Assembly (NCBI RefSeq): GCF_016433145.1
Contig: NC_058131.1
Span: forward strand, 694,701,890 to 694,765,889
Direction of reading: 5' to 3'
DNA: 64,000 nt
Origin: Gracilinanus agilis
Taxonomy: Eukaryota
The position numbers and the translations under genes were made by a program. The notes below the pieces were generated by a model, which worked only from the letters and a program-made list of their open reading frames with translations, made no database searches and was not told where the DNA came from. Below are positions 22,855-55,750 of this stretch, piece by piece. The stretch's first letter is position 1. Each line of letters opens with the position of its first letter.

Positions 22855-25055
22855 GAACACCAAGATTTTTTCCCCCTTTTTCCCTGATCACTTTGGGAAG
22901 GAGATCTAATAGTGGCGTTACTAGGTTAAATGGTGAATACAGTTTTAGGACTCTCAGGGCATAATTCCAGATTGCTCTCCAGAAAGGCTGGATCATTTCA
23001 GTTCCACCAATAATGTATTAGCATCCCAATTTTTCCACATCCTCTCTCTCCAACATTTGCCTCTTTGACTTCCTACCAATTTAGCTAATCTGGTAGGAAC
23101 GAGATGGTACCTTGGAGTCGTTTGGATCTGCATTGCCCTAATCGACAACGATCTAGAGCATTTTCCTCTAAGTAAAGCGTTTCCCCAAACCATCTCTTCA
23201 TAGCCTTTGACCATTTGTCAGCAGGAGAGAGAACGACTCGTGTTCTTAGAAATTTGTCTCCATTCTCCACATAGCAGAGCCATGAGGTCCTCATCATAGA
23301 AACTAGCTTTGAAATGGGCTTTTCCCCAGGATTCCTCTTTTCCTCTAATCTCGGCCTTGTTGGTTTGAGTGTACAAACCCTTTTTAATGTAACGTGATCA
23401 GACGTAATCCTTTCACATCCCACGTGGCTCTCTCCATCTCTCGTTTGTTCAGACATTCTCCTCTTCCCTAGAAATCTTCCAGTCTATTTGGGATGTCTCT
23501 CTTAATGTCTAGGTCATGTCCCCTGGCTGACCTCTTGATAAATGGTGCAAGATCCTGGTCTGGATCCAGTTTCCGTCTGACTGCTTTCTGGTTTTCCCAA
23601 CAATTTTTACCAAATAGTGAGTTCTTAACCTCAAAGCTTAAATGTTGGTGTTTGTGAAAAACAAGGTTCCTCGCATTGTTTGCTAATGTGCTACCAGGTA
23701 TTGTACACTGGTGCCCGAGTCCACAGGTCCTCCCCACCCCCTTCTTTCCCAGCGCCAGATAGTTTGGCTGATCCCCACCTTCCGGTACAGTTTCAGATCT
23801 GGCCCTGCTAGACAGCCTTCTTTCCTTCCTTTTTTAAAACCAATTCTTTTTCCAGTCCTGATTTGTTGTTCTTCCGAATGAATTTTTTAAATTACTTTTG
23901 CTCAATAAGATAATTTTTGCTAGTTTAATTGGAATGGCAGCGAATAAGCAGGTCCATTTAGGTAAAATTGTCCTGTTACCATATTGGATCTGCCCATCCA
24001 TGAGCAATAAGAATTGCTCCGATTATTCCCATCTGACTTTATTTGTATAAGAAGTGTCTTCTTCTTAGGTTCACCCCATCCCTGGACTTGTCATGGCAGG
24101 GGTACTCCCAGATGTTCCGTGCTGCTTGTGGTTATTCTTCCTCTCTTCTTGCAGGGCTTTGGGGGGAACATTCAGAAAAGCTGTTGATTGGCGTTGGGTT
24201 CTTTTCTGTCCTGCCCCTTTGCTATCGTTATCATTTCCCCCGTTTTCTTGGTTAAATCACTCGGATTTTCTGAGCGCCCCATCACACTCTCTGCTTTTCT
24301 TTCCTTGTTCCCCATTTTACTTCTTGCCATTTCTTTTCCTCTTATTGCTCTCCCCAGCCTTTTCAGTCCAATGCTGAAGACTTGTAGCAATAACAGGGGT
24401 CATTGCTTCACTGTGGCCTAACTGAGAAGGCTTCTCGCTAGCGGATGCTCGCCAATGGTTGTAGGTAGACACATTCCTTACCATTTTAAGGGGAAATCCG
24501 CTCGCCCCTCTGTGTTGGAGGGTTCAGAAGGGGCACAAGAGTTCTCTTTTGCCAGAAGCTTCTTTGGCTGCTGTTGAGATCACCCTCTGATTGGCGTGGT
24601 GTGGATTTTCTTCTCTGCTCAACCCTGTCCATGGTTTTCCTCATTCTGACTTCCTGGTCATCAGCTCCCTTGTTCTCAGCCTACAGTCCTTGGGGTGTAT
24701 AAGGCTCCGTCTCCGGGGTGGCCATTTATTGGGTCGATGTTCACAAGGGGAATCGCTCTAGAATGTTCTCTCTATCTTTCTTTGCTCTTCCCACTTTGGG
24801 CACAAGCACCATTTTTGTTTCATACAAGGAGGTTGGTGGGACTCCGTTTTTGCCTGTTGTGCCCAAGCATTCGCTTAATATGGGACCAGGTTGGTCTTGA
24901 AATGTTTGGTGGCATTCCCTCATAGATTCGCTGGTCCCTGATGCTTTTTTTCTGAGGAAGATTCTTTTTCTAACAAGGTAGAACACCCAAGAGGTTGAAT
25001 ATCTAGTAAGTAGAACACCTTCCGGACATTCTGCCAAAAGTAGAAAAGATTGAGG
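22855..25055 (-). pseudogene. Degraded L1 ORF2 fragment (RT to C-terminal cysteine-rich region)
   Basis: Broken-frame peptides QPFWRAIWNY..PLLDLLPK, IRAMQIQTTPRYHLVPTR, SLFGKNCWENQ and LYETKMVLVPKVGR match L1 ORF2 motifs (IREMQIKTTMRYHLTPVR, FYEASIILIPKPGR). Confidence 0.88.
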
Positions 25056-25064
25056 AGAGCTGAC

Positions 25065-25740
25065 AGGAACAGAGAGATGAACGACATACAAGAAAGACCT
25101 TGTTGGGGGCAGCTGGGTAGCTCGGTGGATGGAGAGCCAGGCCTAGAAACGGGAGGTCCCAGGTTCAAATCTGGCCTCAGACACTTCCCAGCTGTGTGAC
25201 CCTGGGCAAGTCACTTGACCCCCATTGCCTACCCTTACCACTCTTCTGCCTTGGAGCCAATATACAGTATTGACTCCAAGATGGAAGGTGAGGGCTTAAA
25301 ACAAACAAACAAACAAAAAAACAAAAACAAGAAAGACCTTGTTGCCGCCACCGATAACCATGATGGCAGAGTTCTTGTCCCAGAGCCAGACAGCCCGGAG
25401 AAAGTAGCCAAGTGGACCTCAGGAAGCATTAAAGTGCAGCCTCAGGGGCTCACAGATTTGGAAAAGTCAACAACAAGCTGGTCACTGGATGGGAAAAGCT
25501 CAACTCGAATCCCAGCCCTAAAGAAGGGCGATGACAAAGAATGTGTCAAATCACTGAACGACTGTGCTTAGCTCACACGCGAGCAAGTTTGGGGTTAAGA
25601 TTCTGCCAGGCACGAGGCCCGGCTGTGCCAGATCTCAAGCTAAACTCTAACGTGGCAATGAGCAAAGCGACCTGGCCCCTTCGGTTCAGAAAGAGAGCCA
25701 AGGATCCGTGGAAGAGATGACAGAATCAGCACACAGCAGT
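25065..25740 (+). mobile_element. RTE/BovB-clade LINE fragment (pre-RT region), interrupted by a SINE
   Basis: Peptide (Y)KKDL..TDNHDG..EPD....KW ... IPALKKGDDKEC resembles the recalled BovB KKDLHDPDNHDG..LEPDILECEVKW ... IPIPKKGNAKEC. Confidence 0.7.
25105..25326 (+). mobile_element. Young full-length opossum-type SINE with 17-bp TSD
   Basis: gggggcagctgggtagctc head, ggttcaaatc B box, A/AAAC tail; TSD ACAAGAAAGACCTTGTT at 25088-25104 and 25327-25343. Confidence 0.93.
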
Positions 25741-28565
25741 GACTGGCGGTAGCCCCCGCATCCCCAAGGCCCCAGCTTTGGGGGAAAGGACTCACTATGG
25801 GGTAAAAACCAATGGCAGAGCTGGAAAGCAGCATGGCAGAGACTAGGCGTGGGCCAGCTTCTCCCCCCACAGGCCGGGATAAAGTCACATCGGAGCTAGA
25901 AATAAAGGGCAACACCATGAACTCATGAGGGAAACACGGGCAAATTCAGCTGCCAGAAGGCATGGAGACGGTGATGAAGAATGAGATGGATCACTTCCAT
26001 TTGTACGAACAGACCCAAGGTGAGCCGTATTGGAAGGTGGAGACGTGGAAATTAAGCCGGGGGGCTCATTACTCAGGAAAGAGAGGGTCGGCCTTTCTAA
26101 CTCAGGCTAAGAATCCAGGCCCCCATTGCAGCCAGTGCTCCCAGCTGGCCTAGGCCAGAGATGGCCAGGTAAGAGCTGCCAGCACAGTTAGATAATCCGC
26201 TCAGCCGAGAGCACAGAAAACCTCCTCTCTTCCTGAGCTCTGATCTTTCCTGGGCCAGTGGCTTGCTGTCTGCCTTCCGTGGCACTGTCACACCGGCTCG
26301 CCAGACTCTGTGACTCCTCTGTCCATCCACTGGGGTGCGCTTTTTCAGGACTGGCCGGGGATGGAGTGAAACGGGGATGCCCTTGGAGTCTCAGTTTGCT
26401 CCTCCGTAAAATGGGAGGAGAAGCCTAGAAGGCCTCAGACAAGCAGCCAGCCAAGACACTGGCCTCCCAAGCCCTGCCTGAATCAGAATAAAACGGCTCA
26501 GAGTTCTCAGTGAGTGCCTAGAGAGCCAGGCCCAGAGGAGGGAGGAAGGGAATGAAGAAAGAACCCCCATGGCAGTCATTGCCCTGGGCCCATAGGTGCC
26601 TCCTTCTGTATCCTGAGTCCATCACCCCCTGGCAGGAGGCAAGTTCATGTTCGTTCTCACTGGACTGACCCAAGATCTCTCAGAGTTGTTCATTCCCTCG
26701 ACACTGTGGTTCCGTGAGTGCGGCATGAATGAGTCTCCTGGTTCTGCTCAGGGCATTCTTCCTCAGTTCACACGAATCTTCAGGGCTGGATGTGATTTTC
26801 TCATCTTTCATCAGGCATTTCTCTGGGTCTTCTTTCTTTCCCAAGTGCCTGCTCAGGCCCTTCCCCGCCCTGCTCCTCTTTAACCCCAGTGACTCACAGC
26901 ACCCCCCCCCCTTCGCCCCCCCAGCTTCAGCCTCATTCTTCTGAGCAAACGAATCTGCAGGGCTTGCTGTGAGCCTTCTTGGTAAGGGCCAGCTCACTTC
27001 CTCCTTCCTGGCACTGTGGCTCCTAGTTCTAGGAAGGCTCCAGGTGCGAGACGGGCCTGGGGGGCTGCCTGGTTTCCTGACCTAAGTGGTGGGAAGGTCT
27101 GGCCCGCAACCCCGGAGGGCCTCAAGGGCAGAGGAGTCAGGGGAGGGGTTCCCTGGGGTCCTCCTGGGCTTTGGCAGGTCTCCCAGCTGGGGTTTGGAGG
27201 CGAGCCTCCAGGAGGCTATCCTCCGCTCTGAGTTAGGTCCTTGCCACTCTCCTGGGCCGGCCAGGGCCCTCCTCCGGGGTCCCTTGAGCCCTGAAGCTAG
27301 CTGGGCGCATTCTTTGCGGTCTTTGCCCAAGACCTCTCCTTCCTCCCTCCCCACCTCAACGCTTCCTGCTCTCAGCCAGCCTTCTGAAAAGCTGAATCGT
27401 GAGATTCTCACCAGGTGACCCTGGAGCCTGGCTAGACTCCGCTGCTCCCCTCCTCGTTCTCCAAGAAGGTCCTCAGGCCTGAGAGGGAGGGGGCCCCGAG
27501 CTCCCATCCGGCAGCCTGCCTCGATTTCCCCATCTCGAAAACGGGGCCAGTGAGAGCCTCTTTGTGAAGCCCCCGGCGCAGGGCCTGGCACACCCTGGCT
27601 GCCAGACAAATGCTAGCTCTTGGTACCTCCAGGAGCAGGCCTGGTTCCCCAGCAGAGGTTAGGATGTGGGGCGGGGGGAGAGGGCAGAGGCCCAGGTGCT
27701 GGGGATTCAGAGGTCATCCAGAACCAGAGCCAGGGCCCGTCAGGAGGCTGCCCAGAGCCTGCCAGGGAAGTTGGCTGCCAAGCCCGAGGGGCCCCTGAGG
27801 GTCTCTTTGTGGCTTCAGGAAGCCCACGGCCTCCCTGCCCTCCTCCTGGACACTCAAGATGGCTTCTTCCTGGCTCTCCTCCTATCTGGGCAGGAAGGCA
27901 GGGCCAGGAGGAGGGAGAGGCCAGCTCTTCTGGGAGCGCCCCCACCTGCCCACAGGCACAGCCACAACGGCCACGCGTGAACTGACTTCTCTGAGCAGGT
28001 GCTGCTCGTGCCGTGTCGGGGGCGGCTCATCTTTGTGCCGCCAGCACCTGGCCGGAATGGCCGAACCAGAGCCAAAAGGGACGTCACGCGTCTACCTGCA
28101 CCGGGGAGGCAGATGTCGTTCTTCGTCCTGAAGAGGGCCGAGGACATGGTGGGGGAGGGTTGTTCTTGGGCCCGGCATCAACTGGATTTCAGTGAGGCCC
28201 AAACTCCTTCTTCCAGAGCCAGCCAAGTCCGCTGAGGAGACAAGGTCAGGGCGAGGGGAGATGGCCCGGCGGGCGCCTGTGCCGTCTGGCCAAGCTCTCA
28301 GAGCTCCGCTGCTGCTCGGAACAAATCGTTCTCCTCCGCCCGTTCCCACGCTTACCCTAGTTTGGTCACCGGCCTGCCCGCAGATGGCTGCCGTGAACGC
28401 TGCGGAGCTCCAGGGGTGGATGGGAAGGAGGAGGACGGAAGCCCCGGGCGGCCTCCAGGTGCTTAGACTCCGGCGGCAAGAAGAGAACCGGACATGGGGA
28501 GGGAGGAAGGAGAAGACGGCCGGGCTCGTGAGGGAGACGCCCAAGGAGGGCAGCCTGTGGGAAAC

Positions 28566-29513
28566 TGTTATTTTTAAAAATGATGGGGGCATCTGGGTAG
28601 CTCAGTGGATGGAGAGCCAGGCCTAGAGACGGGAGGTCCTAGGTTCAAATCCGGCCTCAGACACTTCCCAGCTGGGTGACCCTGGGCAAGTCACTTGACC
28701 CCCATTGCCTGCCCTTACCACTCTTCCACCTATAAGTCAATACACAGAAGTTAAGGGTTTAAAATTGAAAAAAAATGATGAAGGCCGATATTATAAGGAC
28801 AAAATAGTATTTTAATTAAAGCCATGCTGCTAGAGATAAATCGACCACGCGCCTGTAAAATATCTATTCAGAATGCCCGCCAGTACCTATCTCCTGCCAT
28901 CTTGTCTGTCTCGTGCCCAGCGAGCCCGCTCAGGGAGCAAAGAGGGAGCCTCTCAAGCCCGCCCTCCGAATTTAAGTCGAGCTCAATGTTGGTTCCCATT
29001 CTCTGACGTAATCACGTCACGTCAAAAAACGGGAACCCATTGGATCATGGGGAATGTAGTCTCAAAGTTCCCCACGTGTCCACAGGAAGTCTGTCAGCTC
29101 CGTTTAAATGGCACCTCCCCAATTCCAAGCACACATTTCCCCCTGAGATCCGGCAAAAAAGGGTCGGCCCTTTTTCTTCGCTGGATCTGTAAACCTAGTC
29201 AGCTTCTAAACGGCAGGAATTGGGGGATAAAAGAAAAGGATAAAAGTAGCGCATTGACAAAGCCAATCTGGGGCCGTCCCCTATCGGCACGAGAGTGTCC
29301 GTCCAAAACAAATGCGTTCGACTCATTCGACCCCCCTCGTTCAATTTGGACCTTCGTGGTCCAGGGAAGGCTCTGCAGGCATCTTCGCGGTGCCTCCACC
29401 AAACAGGTCCATCGTCTGGCTTCTGGGGAGGCGGCAAAATCCTTACCCTGAAATGACTCTCAAAGAGTTTAAACTTTACATTCTAGATTAGCAAACACAC
29501 ATTCCCTTCTGAG
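28566..29513 (-). mobile_element. ERV LTR (28566-29135) plus 3' internal fragment, related to the 4073-8139 provirus; SINE inserted near the LTR edge
   Basis: TGTTA start; shared blocks atcatggg(g/a)aatgtagt and gtccacaggaag; acaca-ttt/ttcc PPT junction; interior alignable to about 4400-4775. Confidence 0.8.
28586..28770 (+). mobile_element. Young SINE1_Mdo-like SINE with TSD AAAAATGATG
   Basis: Full head and B box, tail ccacctataagtcaatacacagaagttaagggttt; TSD at 28576-28585 and 28771-28780. Confidence 0.9.
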
Positions 29514-30769
29514 AGTCATGCAGAAACGAGAAGGACCTTAACACTGACTGCCTGATGGCCTGCCGTCCGCACAAGTGCCCTCCAGCCGGGGCTTGGAGAC
29601 CTCCGGGGTGCTGCGTGGCTGCCCTTCCGATGCCACTCTCGTGCCTCGGCTCCCTTCTCCAGGCCAGCCCTCATCTGCCGTGGACCCTCTGACACGGCCC
29701 AGCTCCAGTGGCTGCCTCAAAGCACAGGAGGGCCCGGAAGCAGGCCCGGCAGAGCCGCTGAGGCCTTCTTTACCTCCCTCTCCCCTGGGCCTGTCCGCTC
29801 TGCCCCCTCCACGTGGGCCGGTCAGTGAACGCTGACTGGGTGTCAAGCCTGGGTCTGGCCAGAAAGGCACCAGGCTGGCTCTGCCCTCAAGGCCTCCCCG
29901 GCGGCCACATTGGAGCTTGGCCACAGAAGCAAGGAGGATCGAAAGGCTTCTTGGAGGAGGGGGAGGAGGAGGGAGAACCATTGAGGAATGGGAAAGAGAC
30001 CAGGCGAACCCCAAGCCTATTGTGTTCTTCGAGGCCAGTGGCCCGATTGAGGAGCTGGGGCAGGGGCAGAAATCGCACACAGCCCCAGAGAGCAGAGAGG
30101 AGAGGCAGAAGGGAGGAGGGTGGTGCCCTGGAGGGGTACAGGGAGGGGGAGGGGTCCCAGGATGTCCGGATGCCCACTGGGCACTTGGAGACCGGAGACT
30201 GTGGTTGGGAAATGCAGAGAATCATCCTCAGGGAGACGAGCACTGACTGGGGTGGGGGGAGGCTGATGGGGGGTGGGGGGAGAGTACAGCCGGCCTGGGG
30301 TTGGCCCTGGGGCTCTGCTTGTGGCTGACCTGGGCATTCTGGGAAAGTCAGGTTTGGGGCAGAGGCCCGAGGATAGCTGGCCCAGCCTTTCATCTGGCCC
30401 AGGAGGAAGCCCGGCCAGAAAGGGGAAGCGGGCATCAGAGCTAGGCTGCGGCATTCTTCTGAGAGACCCACCCTGGGCTGCCTCGCCAGCCTCTTCCTGG
30501 GCAGGCCGGGGTGGGGGCTGCACCTGCTCACCTGGGCACTGGCATCTACCCACTTGTCTCGGGGTACAGACTCCTGCCAGGGTTCAACCCAAGAAAGCTT
30601 TCTGAAGGGCTCCAGTGCCAGGTTGTGCCAGGCTCCAGCACCTCGGAGCCCCAAAGGACAGCCAGCCCAGTCCGGCTGCTGCTGCTTTCCAATGTTTTCC
30701 TCCCCCCACGGACTGGTCTGGACCATCCGAAGATCCAAATTGTCCGCCCCTCCCCCATGGGTCATGGCC

Positions 30770-31164
30770 AGAAGGGAGCCCTCAGGGCGCGCGCGGCGCG
30801 CACTCCCTGGAACTCGCTGAGAGCAGCTCAGGCTCAGGGACGGCTGTTCGGAGGCAGAGCCGGATTCCAGCCGAGAGGAGACGGGGCGGGCTTGGCTGGG
30901 TGACAGCGTCGCCCGGGAGCCAGATCGCAGCCTGGCCTGTGGCACCCCCTCGACGGCTCGGCCGCCCAATAAGGGCCCGCCCAGAGCCTTGGCCACCCCT
31001 GCCTCGGTTCCCCAGCCGGATGTCTCGCCGGGACACCTGGCCCCGCCCCGCCCCGCCCCGCCCCACCCCCTCCTCTCCATCCCGCCCGCCGCTGGCCCCG
31101 GAGCCAGACGGGTCAGAACGCGCTGCCTACCGTGCTCTCGCCGGGCGTCCTGGAGTCCCCAAGC
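30770..31164 (+). promoter_or_regulatory. ADAM8 CpG-island promoter (CCAAT box, tandem GC boxes)
   Basis: CpG-dense; CCAAT at 30966-30970; (CCCCG)x4 then CCCCACCCCC at 31041-31070, upstream of ATG 31165. Confidence 0.7.
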
Positions 31165-52799
<21,635 letters not shown>

Positions 52800-53682
52800 C
52801 TGGAAGGAAACCGGGGCTGCTCGGGCAAACGCTGGCATAGCTTGTTGCTTCGATGGTTCCCCAAGCCCTGGCAGGCCAGGATGGTGACACGTGTCACAAT
52901 CAATCATTTGCAAAGCAGGTGTCGGGGTGGCTTCCTCTGGGGCTGTGAGATGGGCTGACTGGCTGTCCCTGCCCCCCCCCCTCCCCCAACATCTGTCTCT
53001 GGAGCACCAGGGCCTTCCAGAGAAGACAGGAGGAAGCCAGTCCTGCCAACATGGCTGTGCCGCCATTTTTCTGCATCGCTGAGCCTTCCCCCGTTCTTCC
53101 CGTGGAGGCTTTGGGACTCCTTGCAGCTGGAGGACTCGTGCCCCGTGCCCCGAACCAGCGCTTGGCCCGTGTGGGGTCAGAGCCAAGGGGCCCTCGTGTC
53201 TGCCATGCCCAGGGATTTGGGAAAGTCACTTCCTCCCACGTCTCCAAGGGACATTGGGGTGGCTCTCCCTCCCCCTCGGGTGGGCCGAGCACCGGCGGAG
53301 GAGCGTGGCGCCCTCCGGTCATTCCAAGTGGTCCCCAGCAGGCCTCGGTGTCTGCCAGGCATCAGCCCCCGGGTCAGGGGCAGCCAGGAAGAGTGCTCCA
53401 GCCGGCCTGGCCTCTCCCCCCACTTCCTCGAGGCTGCTGGAAAGCCGCCCCCAACCCGCTTGGCCCAGGGGCTCTGCTCATCCCTGGCCTGTGTCTGCCT
53501 CCCGCTTGGGGATAACAGTCTGCCGGCTTCAGCTGAAGCTGCTTCTCTCCAGTCTTGGCTGCCGAGGCTGCTGCATGTTGGGGTTCGAGTTATTCTGGGC
53601 GTCGGCTGGCTGGGGGGCCCGGAAAACTCCCGGATGGTGACCCATCCGAGCCATTGTGCCATCTGGCCGGTGGCCGGCTGGG

Positions 53683-53688
53683 AATAAA
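53683..53688 (+). terminator. ADAM8 polyadenylation signal AATAAA
   Basis: First AATAAA seen after the stop codon (about 0.9 kb 3'UTR); TG-rich sequence follows. Confidence 0.75.
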
Positions 53689-53739
53689 GTACTTGGAAGC
53701 CCTTGTGCCTGCCCGGCTTCCTCTCTCCTTCTGGGTGAG

Positions 53740-55750
53740 CCCAGGCGAGTCCCGTGCTGCCTCTGGGTGCTGGGGGCCTCCAAGGGAAGCGGGCGGCCGC
53801 CTGAAGCCATGGGGGGCTCCCGGGGATTGCGGCCAGGCGCGGCAGAGCCCACGGATCGCCACCGTGGGCTTGGGGCTCGCCCAGGCCGGTGGGGGAGACA
53901 CTGGGGAGGACGGACTGCCGCCAAGGGGCGTGACAGAGCCGGAGAGGAACCGGGCGGACAGCTCGAGGAGGCTGAAGAAATGACCATCTGACAAACGGGG
54001 AGAGGTGGGCCTGCCGAGGAGCAGCCGAGGCGGGACGGGGAGTTCCCTCCCTTCACGGGGGAAGCCTCCCACCGCCAGCCTCGAGGGGGGCGCGTGCCTG
54101 AGTGACCAACCAACAGGTGGCCGGATCTAGCCCCGCCTCAGAGGAGTCTGGCCTGCGGCTTCCCGTCTCGCCTCCAACTCCACTCTGGCAGGGTCCTCCC
54201 CCACCCATCCCGCCCGCTCTAGCCCCGCCTCTCCAACCTGGCCACGCCCTTCGGTTCAGCCTTCTCCTTGGTTACTCGGCCCGCCCCCCGCCCTGGGTTC
54301 TGGCCCCGTCTCCAGCCCAGCCCTCGTCCCACATGGCTCCACCCCTCCTGCCCTGTCGCCCACCCGGACCACGACTCCCGCGGCCAAACTCTCTCATGGC
54401 CCCGCCTCTTAAGCTCAGGCCTGCCTTGGTCACTTCTATCCCCGCCCCCATCCGCTCTAGCTCCGCTCTAGCCCCGCCCATTCTGCTCCGTCTCGCCTCG
54501 GGACCCCGCTCTGTGTTCTGACCCCGCCTCCATCCCAGTCCTCGTCCCGCTCGGCTCCAGCATGGCTTCACCCCTTCTCCCTCATCGCTCACTCCAGCCT
54601 CGTCCCCGCCCTCACTCCCGCCCCAACCCGCTCTAACCCCGCCTCTGTCTCCTCGCCCTCCGCCCCGCCAGTACTCGATCTGCCTTCGGGGCCAATCGCC
54701 CCGGAGCCGCCCCTCTGCGTCCCCGCCCCCTCTCGTCCTAGCTCCCGCCCCTCCGTAGTCCTGGCCTACTCGCAGCCTCTCGGGCCGGGGCCCGCCCCTG
54801 ATCCGCCCTGGCTGGGCCTCGCTCCCTTCTGGCCCCTCCCAGCTCTCGCCCCGCCCTCGCCCCGGCCCAGTCCAGCCCCAGTCCATTCCCAGCTTCTCCC
54901 TTCGATGACATATGTCCCTCCGGGGCCACCGTCGAGCCTCGTCCGGTCTCCCAGCAACAACAGTTCTAGGGCCAGTGCGCGGGGAGGCCGAGCCATGAAC
55001 CGGCCTGGGCGCACGGCCCCGGGCTCGCTGCTGTCGGCGCCGCTGCCGCTCACAGCGCTCCACCACCTCTACGCCTGGGTGGACAGCGTGCCCTTCAGCC
55101 GCCCCAAGCGCCACCTGGCCCGGGACTTCAGCGACGGCGGTGAGCCCGGCGGGCCGGGAGCGAAGCGGGGCCCAGCTTAGAGACTGGCCCCGCGGCTGGA
55201 TTCGGGGCTGCCCGGAAGGGGACCGTGAGGGGCTGTGCCGGGGAACTGGCGGCGGGCCGGCGAGGCGGAACGCCATCGCCTGGCATTGGCTGCCTCACAG
55301 CCCGGGGAGGGGGCCCGGCTCGAGGCGGCCGGCGCGACGGCTCGGGAATGGGCTGAAGACGGTGTGGGGCGGGGCCCTGTCACTAGGCACCGGGAGATGC
55401 AGCTCTGCCACTGGGTGCCGCCTGACAAGGGAGAGGCCGGTCACTAAGCACCCGGTAACGCTGGCCCTCCGATTGGCTGCAATGACAGCAAGGCCTACGG
55501 ATTGGCTGGGAAAGGCAGGGGTGGAAGCAGTGCTCCTCCGGGATGGACTGCAGATCGGTCCAAACGGAAACGGAGCGAACCGCTGAGCTCGGGACCGCCC
55601 GGGCGTCTGGGGCCCGAGACCGCGAGTCAGTTCCGCCCAAAGAGCATTTCGGTGCCAGGCTCCGCCTCGAGCTCTCCGCTTCTTGGGGGCGGCCTGAGAA
55701 GGGTTGGTGGCCGCGCCGGCCCCTCCCGCGCTGACTCCTCGCTCTCCCCT
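53740..55750 (+). promoter_or_regulatory. CpG island / promoter of the SPEF1-like gene (GC-box array, X-box-like motif at 54946-54958)
   Basis: High CpG density, many CCCCGCC(C/T) units, GTCTCCCAGCAAC 37 nt upstream of ATG 54995. Confidence 0.7.
54995..55139 (+). CDS. SPEF1L: SPEF1-like exon 1
   Basis: GCCATG start (an upstream in-frame ATG at 54905 is also possible) ... GGCG|gtgagc. Confidence 0.85.

Noticed and set aside
25105-25200. tRNA-like A/B boxes in SINE heads (also 28586, 39884)
   Set aside because: tRNA-derived SINE heads with TSDs and A-tails, not tRNA genes.
25962-26037. Exon-like ATG...CAAG|gtgagc segment (METVMKNEMDHFHLYEQTQ)
   Set aside because: No partner exons or homology found; lies next to the RTE remnant and may be part of it.
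29887-31080. 397-aa - strand ORF at the ADAM8 promoter
   Set aside because: Stop-poor CpG-island sequence; no domain, no splice structure.
54272-55276. 334-aa Gly/Arg-rich - strand ORF
   Set aside because: Translation of the GC-box array and CpG island; not a credible protein.
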